A stretch of 55,328 bases of DNA, counting the filler, from Sphacelaria rigidula (lineage: Eukaryota), in NCBI GenBank assembly GCA_964200075.2. It is 5 parts of 5 records of this genome, joined end to end, with 100 filler letters (N's around TTAATTAATTAA, not from the genome) between each part and the next. Parts side by side here need not be neighbours in the genome. Positions count along the whole stretch, not along the records: positions 44,344 to 55,328 come from CAXNAA020005574.1; 4 more parts are not named here. One strand, written 5' to 3'. Each line of letters begins with the position of its first letter. Position 1 is the first letter of the stretch. Under the pieces are notes generated by a model. That model had not been told where the DNA came from. It did no database searches and was given only the letters and a program-made list of their open reading frames with translations. Below, in pieces: positions 45,758 through 55,328 of the stretch. The translations under genes were made by a program, and so were the position numbers.

Positions 45758-47584
45758 TGCCCGCGGTACACTTGCGGATTGTCAGCACTGCCGCACCGCC
45801 GCGATTCTCGTCAAGAAACGTCAGCCTCGCTATATCATGCCCTCCCGCTGTCAGCATTCAGCAATGGAAACCATATCCTTTGATGAACCGCTCCGAACGC
45901 ATCTGGCAAGAATTGAGCCCGCTTTCGTTCCACCCTAAGGGTGTCATTTGTACCACTAGACCACCGGCGCGTGGCGTCCGTATTGTCTTCACAGCACAGC
46001 AGTACAGCACTTCACTCCCCGACTGTGACAGCCAAACGCAACACCCGACATGATGCGAGTGCAACAACGACGCGTGTTGGGGATCGTTATCCCACATCAA
46101 GCACGTTGTCCGCGGTCGCATTATCCATTGCTGAAGTTACGTCGAGACTAAGTGGGCCGTGATGGCATGGGGGCATACAGTCAACACAAGGTTCTCGTCG
46201 ATGGGCATTTGTGCTCAACAAGGGATCCGCTGCTCGTTTGCCGCAAGTACTGCAATAGCGGTTGCGCCGAGGGTAATTACGATAAACAGTTACAAGCGTG
46301 GATGGCCGTCACGCCTTCAACTGAGCACGCTGCGACCACCGGCTGCTCGCGGTTGGGAGGTGTACTAGACGAAGCCCTTGCGTTGTCAGTCGGTTTTCGC
46401 GTGCTTGCCCAGCTCTTTGCTCGGGTTGGTGTGTGCCCGTTCCTCTGTGCCCTGCCTGAACATCACCAAATGTGTTGGCTCTGTGCCTTTTCTGAATACG
46501 ACCGAAAGTGTGATGTGTTCCTTCCTTTTTGAGACACATCTTCCCTCATAACTCCGCACCGACTACGTCGACTTTATATATTTTCGCACTGAAATTACCG
46601 TCAGATCACGAGCTTTCAGGGGGCTGGTTCGTGAACAGCTTATCGCGAGCCCGCGGTAGGCGTGTTTTGAGGCTGGCAGCGTAGTGGGTCGGCAAAGAAG
46701 GGACTTGAAATTGCGCGTTGCCGCGTGCGTCATTCGCGCGTACACACACTTGTATGTATACAAGAGTTCGGCGGGAACATCCAGTACTATTTGCTGTGCG
46801 GCCTGCCGACGTTTCCTAGGTGCGCTCCTTACTCAGCGATACGTGTATATGACGCATCTTGATCAGGCACTCCGTTGTCCGGTATCACCAGCCACGCTCG
46901 ACGAAAACATCATTGTTGGATGTATCCGTTGTATTCCTATCCCTTTTGAACTTCTCTGCAGGCTGTACTATGGCGGGTGGCCAGCAGGGTTCTTTGTTAT
47001 GGCCGCGGCCGCGGCAATCACAGCATCCGTCTGCGGATTCAAGGCCTGCTGTGGTTGGGATAATGCGGCTATTATCGAACAAGCGGTGAGTTCAACTTTC
47101 GTTTTGCTCAGCAGCACGCACGGCCTTGACGTTTCGCCGTCGATTACACCTCATCCGTGGGACCGCGCTCATCTTGAGAAAGTGGTTCATCAGTGTCTCG
47201 GAAAGCACAACGCGTCAACGCATTTGCCTAGTCGACGCTCAAGCGTAGGCGGCTTTTCCTTGAGCTACGCGGTAACCGCGTGCCCTCCATGATTATATAT
47301 AATGCCAGTAGCACTGGAACGTGGCACTCGCACGTCAAAGTTCCCTTACTGGCACCTCGGGTACCACCTGCACAAGCCAAGATGCCAGCGACTCTTGATA
47401 ATGGCACTCGAGATGCCGTGGCACGTACCTCTGACACCTGTCCAGGTTTTACTGCCCGTAACACAAACACTGATCCTACCCATGAACGAAAATCCAACCC
47501 TTGGGTTGTCAGACCATTCCTGAAAGTTGTGTTCGCCACCTGTGGCCACGCTTTCCGACTCACGATGTGCCATGGCAAACATGA

Positions 47585-47739
47585 TATTGATTCACGAAAG
47601 GCCCCTGCGTGCAAACACCATGTTCCTGGGCGTCCTATCCCCGGAGATTCGGGTTGCACAGTAAGCCCCATATGTTTGGGCTCCTACAAAAAAGAGACCC
47701 AGAAACAAAAAATGCAACCCCTACCGTGGCATTGCTTTG
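47585..47739. repeat. Right half and TIR of the 29380-29623 MITE family
   Basis: GATTCACGAAA...GGGTTGCACAGTAAGCCCCATAT...GCAACCCCTACCGTGGCATTGCT matches 29474-29621. Confidence 0.85.
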
Positions 47740-49367
47740 GAGCTGCCGTGAAATGAAACGGAGCGGATGCTGGAACTAAACAAGTATGCACTGGCGATTA
47801 TGCAGCACTGACATCCTTTCGCGCCGGGAGTATCGGCGCGCGGAACTCGCTGTTTAGTTGAAGAGCGGTAGAGGGATGTCTATCCGGGTGGCCTCTAGCC
47901 CTGGTCAAGGCGCTATACCATGTGCTGAATTGAGAAGCGCGCTCTCCCTAGAAAAAATCATGTTTTCAGTATTCGAGATTTCTGTGGTGTACCGCTTCAC
48001 CCCGACTATCGGCAGTACCGCTGAAGATACCTTTTGTGAAAAAAATAGTGTTACATTCTTAAACTCGCGCAATGTGCACCATCGGCGTATCCTTAAATCC
48101 CGAAAGCACCGCTGACATACACGCGGTACGAGGCAAACGCTGGACACTTCATTTCGGCTGAATTTTGCTGTAGCCGCGCCAAAATATCAACTCTCTGATC
48201 TGCGCCACAACCATCTTTGTTCCATCACCTCCCTGTGCCTGCCTGCTATACGTAACAACAGGGACCCGTAGTGAGCACCCAACCGGCGTCGTACTATCAG
48301 CGGACCGGTGATACGGTATCCCACATGCCGCAGATGGCCGGAACTACAGAAGTCCATGCTCCTCAAACGGCCGTTCCGCTTCCCCCATACGGTCAAGTTT
48401 AGATAATCAAGTTGGGTTTTCATCTGACGTGCGGTGCGTTCATGACTTTATGTATACTTGTTGTCACTTGAATCGGGAACGCCGGAATTTTGGTGATCGA
48501 GACTTTCTCGAGGTAGTCGCTCCTCGAGGTCGGCTTACCGGCATCATCTGGCCAATGGGAGGAGAGCAGCACAAGCTACAAGCAGAGAGACAAAGCAGGT
48601 TCGAGGCTAAGATGCGTGCAGTCGATGATTTTATTCGGGTCATGTGGAGCTTGCCTTAGTCCCACGCGTCATGGTTACTTGGAAGAAAGTGTATGTCCCT
48701 TTATGGCCGGGGTGTAGGGGTCCAGAAGAACCCAAGAGGAGTGGATAATCGTCGAAGAAATGGTCTAGTACTGCTAAATGAACCTTCTGCTGCCTTTCTT
48801 GTGGTATTGCACCGGGGCGAAATCGGATGCCCGAGCTCCTGTCTGGATCGTGTCAGAAATGTCTTTGACAGAGGCAGCAAAGCGTTCTTGACACCGCAAC
48901 GAGTAGATGCATACGTAGCTCTCGTCCGGGGTTTGATGAGCACGTTTTTTTGTGGTAGGCGACAGACCCGGGCTATCAAATGTTTCGTGGTAACCAGGCG
49001 TGATACACCACTGGACGCCATTGGTATCATTGACCGTGCTGCTCTCTGCAATAAGATGGCTCTTCTTCATGCACAGGCGAAGAGAAATTGGACTCGTGTT
49101 CACGTGTGTACGAATTGTGTTTAGTTGATTGATTCGATCGATTGATTGATTGAGTGTCGTATTTGAATAGACCCCACAGGGATCCAGCCGTGGTCACATG
49201 ATATACGTACCCAAGAAAAACCAAAACTGAAACAGTCGCTGAAGAAAAAAAAGGAGCAGAAGACGTCGAACAGAACGACATAGTAGACCAAGACATGAAG
49301 AAAAAGAAATGAACAGGAAGTCAGTAGAAGCAAAGCACAGAAAGAAATGGCCCATCTAAAACAATGG

Positions 49368-49621
49368 AGAGTCATCCTACGATAAGGGGGGTTATTATGT
49401 GCCACTTCTTGCACGAATTTCCAAGTCAAATCGTCGTTGAAAGCAGCAACGGTTGCTCGAGCGAGCTTGTTATACATATACAGCGCTCACTCATACTGTT
49501 TGACACCGTTCTGAACCAAATACAAGCGCATCGCGGGTGTGGCAGGTCGTCTGACATACCTATGAGCCTTTATTTTCGCTCAATCATATACCCCCCGCCC
49601 CCCTTATCGTAGGATGACTCT
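49368..49621. mobile_element. MITE (254 bp) with perfect 24-bp TIRs
   Basis: AGAGTCATCCTACGATAAGGGGGG / CCCCCCTTATCGTAGGATGACTCT, with GG on both flanks. The interior is homologous to 26620-26825. Confidence 0.88.
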
Positions 49622-50159
49622 GGGGGTGAATATTTCCAAAATTGACCAATAGAACGACGGTGCGAGGGGGGAGTTGGTATGGGGGAGAGGACATGGCTGT
49701 AGAAACGAGTTGATATCAATGTGGTTTGTGACAAGTACTTGTTCTAAAGTGAAAGCGGTTTATCCCTTGAGACCACAGCCTCGTTCTGAGGAAGGAGAGC
49801 GTGGTCGTTCCCAGGAAGGAGAGAGAGGTGAAAAGTTGGCAAAAAAACGAGAAGTGCGGAAGTACGTCATTGACCTCTGGCGAGGGTAGATGTGGTATTA
49901 TCTGGCCTGATTAAAGAGCGTACAAAGAGAGCTGAGAATCAGGAGTGAACAACTGAAGACGAGTGAGAGAGGTAGGCTGGCACACAGCCAGCAGCCACAG
50001 CATGTCTATCATGATGTGGTATTTGATAGGACTGGCCTCGATGAGGTGCAGTAACCCCTTGGGCACACATGACTCCGATTGAAAGCAACATTTGGGTATG
50101 AATCTTCGATTGGGCCGTTGAGGAACGAGAGTTTATCGGAAAGATTCAGACTGACATTC

Positions 50160-51450
50160 CGAATTGTTGACAGCGGTTGATGAGAGATACATGTTGCATT
50201 GTCGATTTGTCCTGTCGGTGTTTTGTATGTTATGTGCACAACGGACAGTGTTGCTGGCGCGTTTTTTTATTGGTATTGACGATACGATACACGAGGTAGT
50301 AGCCGTTGGAGACGGACTGTCGGATGTGTGGGCCAGCAACGTTTCGGTGTACGTATGCCTACCGTTGGCTTTTCGTTATTGTATAATGGCTATGTGTGAA
50401 ACGTAAGTCTTGCGTAGGGTGAAATTGAGTAAACCAACCCCGATCGTGGTCACTTGCTTTGGCTACCTGGACACAATCAGCTTCAGTCTGCCGTTGCTCA
50501 GAGCTTCGAGTGAGTCCTACTGGTAAGCTATAGTTGTGGGGACTGTTTACTTCTAGTCAGTGGCTGTATCATACAAGTGGATATGCCATCCGATGAACAC
50601 CTGGATTTGAACAGCTCACTGCGGTTTGGATTTGGGCGGACTTTTTATTACTCAGCTTTGCTTGCAGCAGATGTACACGCGGCAAAGGTGAAGTGTGGCT
50701 GCCTTCTCGAACGGTACTACACTAAATTACATCAGAACCATCACACGCTCATGATTGTCAGGACCCGCTCGTCAGTTGTGTTCCTCCGTCATGTACGGAT
50801 ATATCTCTGGCTGTATCTGTTGACACGAATACCCCCGCCTGATCAGTGACGGATTATCTCTTACCATTTGAGGGAGAAGCTCGACCGTCGCAGCAAAACC
50901 TCCCTCCCCTTTGATTACAACGCTTGTGCTCGAATGCAACAGCTCCTTTTTAGACGCTGATCAAGACAGACGCGCGTCGTGCCGGGAAACGCCGTACAAG
51001 AGCCCATGACCCTCGAGGTGGCGTGGGTGGCTTAGGGCGTGTCTTCCATGTATTTTTCATTGAAAAAGTAGGGCGGTCGAATCGATATGAGCAAAATTCG
51101 CTCGATTTTCTGGAGTTGGGTCCAAGCCAATGTTGAAACTTTCGATAAAAAAACGACAGTGAAATTCGTGAAACTGTACATGGTCACTCGTCGTGTGTAC
51201 AGTACGGACAGTCTGTACTGTCTGCACTGCTTGCAAGCAGTGTCTTGAGTGCAGGTGTGCGTGTTTAGTACAGGAGGATACAAAAGAGAAGCGGGCAACG
51301 TGCAGTGCAGACAGCGCAGGACTATCTGTTCTCTCTGCTTACAACGCAACGTGAAAAGGGTATCAGCGACGTGCAGCGTTGTACTGCCTGCACCGTCCAT
51401 GAGCGTGCACGCGACTTGGTTGCCCACCGTACCACGCAGTTCCGTCGCTT
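50160..51450 (+). pseudogene. Possible highly decayed piggyBac-like transposase
   Basis: Weak motifs in the expected order: AVDERYM (~50173), KLSKPTPIVVTCF (~50422), FYYSALLA (~50643), DYN (~50913), and a Cys-rich C-terminus (~51300-51400). Confidence 0.3.
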
Positions 51451-51954
51451 ATTCTTACTATTAGAAAAGATGCGCAAGTTTCCGCTCACGAAAAAAGTAC
51501 AAAGCATACCCATCTACTGCAGCGTATCTATCCCTGGGCTCAACACGTGCTCTATGCTGCAGGGTTGCGGTGGTAACTGAGAATGAGTTGGATGGAGCTT
51601 GTATGGTCCTGTGAACAGGTCTTATCTGTCGTGGTGGTCTGTAAGATAGGAGTCACGTGCCGCTGTGTGTCTTCCGACCGCATCTTTTCGATCAAAAATG
51701 GTTATTTTTTGTCACAAATACTTGTTCTCCGTGCGCCACTGACTATAATCTTGAGTTGAAGCTTTTTAGGAACGTAAATGCGGTGGACCTCTCAGATCGG
51801 CAAAACAAAATCGACCGCACTTCTTTGATCGAGAAAAAAGTGCCAAGAACACCCTTCGGCGTTATCTTGATAAAATATTTAATGACAACGATTATGACTG
51901 TTCACAATAATAAAAAATCACCCGCCTTTGCAACCAAAGACGAAAAAAAAATGG

Positions 51955-52014
<60 letters not shown>

Positions 52015-52037
52015 TGATGATGATGATGATGATGATG

Positions 52038-52095
<58 letters not shown>

Positions 52096-52162
52096 CGATG
52101 ATAATTATAATGATCATGATCATGATCATGATCACGATCATGATAATATTGATAATGATAAT
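51955..52162. repeat. Compound (ATG)n/(ATA)n microsatellite
   Basis: Alternating blocks of ATG and ATA repeats, followed by (ATGATC)n. Confidence 0.97.
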
Positions 52163-52405
52163 GTGTCTAATGAGTGGATTCTCACCTTAGCTGGGGTGAT
52201 GTCGGATGTCCAAATCTTTCGATTGAGGTGCAAGCTACAGTTGTTGATGTATGCTCAGTTGCGGCACAAATTAACAGAAGGATACAATTAGAGGAGTAAG
52301 CAGAACCACAGATGTATATTACACTCAGGGAAGACTTACGTACAGTCTCCTTGGATTCTGAGGCTCAATCTCTGCGGAAAGGGGGTAGTTGGAGTTTATC
52401 AGACG

Positions 52406-52566
52406 CACTTTCTACGATAGCCCCCCCCCCCCAAAAAAGGGCATGGTTTTGGGAGGCAAAATCTTCACGTAAATCGAACNNNNNNAACCCGAACATCAGG
52501 CCCTGTATGGCCATTTTTTTCGTGACACTTTTCGCTGGTTTTGGGGGGGGGCTATCGTAGAAAGTG
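52406..52566. mobile_element. Small MITE-like element with CAC...GTG ends
   Basis: CACTTTCTACGATAGCCCCCCCCC / GGGGGGGGGCTATCGTAGAAAGTG form inverted repeats. No clean TSD; contains an internal N gap. Confidence 0.75.
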
Positions 52567-55328
52567 TCGCTGTCGAAGAGTTGATTTATCCTTTGCCACT
52601 GTTGAGGCCTTACGAGGTGAGAAGAGTGCGAACAGGGGGGTGTGCACTTGCCTGTCAGCCACTTCTCGGACATCTTTCTACTCAAAGTCATAACTCAGAA
52701 ACGTAGCTAAGCAACTTCAAATAAGCTCACGTATATATCTACCGTTGCACTCCAATAATTCCACGTCATCCCATACGATAGCGTCCAGCTACGCACGTAT
52801 CAACCAACAGCTGGCTCGTGCACCATCTTCAAGTCGCTGAAATATTCGCCAAATATATACAACTCTAGTACCCGCCGGTCTGTGTGTCCGGACGAACTAC
52901 ACTGCAGAGTGCTCATCACATAACATAAGCACTCGCAGATTATGGCAAGAGGCGAGAGTGCTTCATCCATACCTTCTCCCGCACCAGAAAAATGTAGACC
53001 AACACAAGAATAAAGAAAGAGTAAAACAAAAAACAAACACAAAACATAAAGAAAACAAGGCAAAAAGAAAAAAAAAGACTAACCGATACAGTACAGTGTC
53101 CTCGAATTCCGTGAGATTCTCACGAGGAATCATAAGCAAAAATAAATAGATAAATCAAACCGACCTACCCTAAAATGCAATGCCCTCAAAGAGCCGTGAG
53201 CGTTTCCGGTGTAGTCACAGGAAATCAGAAGCTCATCCATGAACGACAATCATACCCTGCCGTAACTATATTATGAAAACAGTTTACTTTTATCGGATGT
53301 CCGATTTGTTCGAGTTCATTGGTGGAAAAACAAGCAAGCCCGCCAAGGCATTATATCACTCCGGCAACCAATTTCCTGCTAATCACTCGTCCCAGTCAAT
53401 CAGCAAAAGCCAACAACGTACAGCCGATCTCGTCGCGAAAAAGGTGGTTTCCCGCGAAAACCATACGTTGAAAAAAAAATAACACGCATAATACAGACAA
53501 TCAACCCGGTTGACGTGAGTTCACTGTCGGTACATGTTTGTGAGAGTAACGTTTTGCTATGGACGTCTGGGTGATGATCCAGTCGTACAGTATTTTTTTT
53601 TCTCACACGACGAGATACGAAAACAACCGACCGGTTTGTGACGTCAGGTGTTCGTATACGTCAAAAAAACCGTAGTGAATCAATACACAACCTTCGGGCC
53701 TACTACGTACTTCCGAGGCGGATCGCCCAACACATTTCTGAACCACGACAAATACACAGGACAAGAAAGGACCAACGCAGCCCACTCCTCACAGTATTCG
53801 CCCCTTCGGACTGAAACGAGACTGGCACACAAACTGGAGTATAAACCGCAGCCGGTCGTACTGTCACGTTACTTCGTTCAATAATCCCTGATAAAAACAA
53901 AACACTACCGACCGATTCCAGGGTCGGGAAATTGTACGCAAAAAACTGGTAAAAGTGACAGAAAAAATTGCGAATGTCGGACTCTGAGTCTGCAGGCTGT
54001 GCCAATGGTCGAATATCGACATGGCGGAACGGACAGTTCCGTAAGAGCAATCTACCCTATCATGATTCGTAGTGGTCTTGTATGAGGAGACGTATGCAAC
54101 CGATTATGCCGCGACTTCAATGATAATTCTTCAACACTGCTATGTACTACGCGGTCAGTGGTGACCTCGTTGTAACTCACCAATCACCAAAGCGTAAATC
54201 ATCGCGTCCCATTACCCGTGACCCTCCTATAAACGACGTCGGTCACACGTGTGCAGGACTCGCAAAAACAAATAGGCCAAGTGTTGTAGACTCGAGGATC
54301 AGGAACTTGGAACACTGATGGCGAAATTCCCGACATAGACGCAGAAACCAAAACCAAAGTAAATACAAAACCAGGGGCACATTGGGCAACAGCGAAAACG
54401 AAATATCAGTAACATGAAGAAGAAAACAACGCGGGGCAACCGTCCTTGTGAACGGGAGCGGGTATCGTGTGTACGAAGCAAGCAGGGTAAAACGTTTCAG
54501 CCAAGAAGGTCAAAATATTTCAGGCACTCGGCTTCGGTTACTATCGCCCATGTTAATATAAAGCTCAACGTGGTACGCACATAAAAAAGGGACACGTTAC
54601 GACCGATCCCGAAGAGGGAGGCGGTATGCGTGTACGGAGCGGTTGGGCAAGAACGCAAATACTCCAGACGGGGGGGTCAGGTATATCTATCGCTCGCTCC
54701 TGAAAATCTTTACCGAAAAGACAAATAAAAACAACAAAATGTTCCACAAAAGAAAACAAAAGGTGCGTACAACGAAGAAAAAAAATGAAGAAATCAATAA
54801 CTCGTGGCAACTGTTCCAGTATACGGAATGGTCGTGAATGTACGGCGCGGAAGACGGAGGTTCAAGGTTCCAGACTCGGGGGTCAGGAATGGAACGGTCG
54901 TCACTTGTTCTTTGCCAGATGAACCCGGAAATAACCAAGAAAATACTCATTGGACACAAAAACAAATCGAACACGAAGCACGACGCCAAAGGAAAAGAAA
55001 AGAAAAAAGGAGAGAGGAAAAAGAACAAAGACAGAATTAAAGCCAAACAAAATGACGCCAACGAAAAAACAAAAAAAAACAAAATATCAGGGTCCGAAGC
55101 CAAAAAAACGAAACAAAACACAAGAAGAAAAATAACTAGCTAATATCAAACACAAAATAAAAGAATAACATACGAAACACAACATACAACCACTACAAGT
55201 ACGGGGCTAACCAGTACGACAAAAAATGAAGGAGGGGGGGGGGGGGGGGGATGGTTTTCCCAACGCCCCACCGGGAAAGAAAAAACGACCAAACGGTGGG
55301 CCCTACAAAAAGGGGAGGGGGGGGGAGG

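Noticed and set aside
51657..52190. Poly-Met/poly-Ile protein ORFs
   Set aside because: Artefact of the (ATG)n/(ATA)n microsatellite.

Overview
Repeat-rich eukaryotic DNA, most likely from a stramenopile or brown alga. This is an inference from the spliced gene, the TE types and the CCCTAA motifs. The window is not one locus: five unrelated contigs (1-10986, 11087-22072, 22173-33158, 33259-44243, 44344-55328; 10985-10986 bp each) are joined by artificial 100-bp N-TTAATTAATTAA-N linkers. Contig 1 is a GC-rich satellite array of ~366-bp and ~551-bp units with higher-order duplications and one MITE insertion. Contig 2 is mostly a decayed Ngaro/DIRS-type tyrosine-recombinase retrotransposon, plus LINE and SINE fragments and three possible exons. 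Contig 3 carries five phase-compatible minus-strand exons of a Sec23/Sec24-family gene whose introns hold MITEs and SINEs. Contig 4 has an internally deleted Ty3/Gypsy LTR element abutting a long-TIR element, plus a hairpin and a LINE 3' end. Contig 5 has a LINE interrupted by a foldback element, MITEs, a possible piggyBac-like relic, a compound microsatellite and unassigned sequence. No rRNA, intact tRNA, CRISPR array or intact autonomous TE ORF was found, and almost all ORFs in the supplied track are spurious. All homology calls rest on motif recognition by eye, not on database searches.
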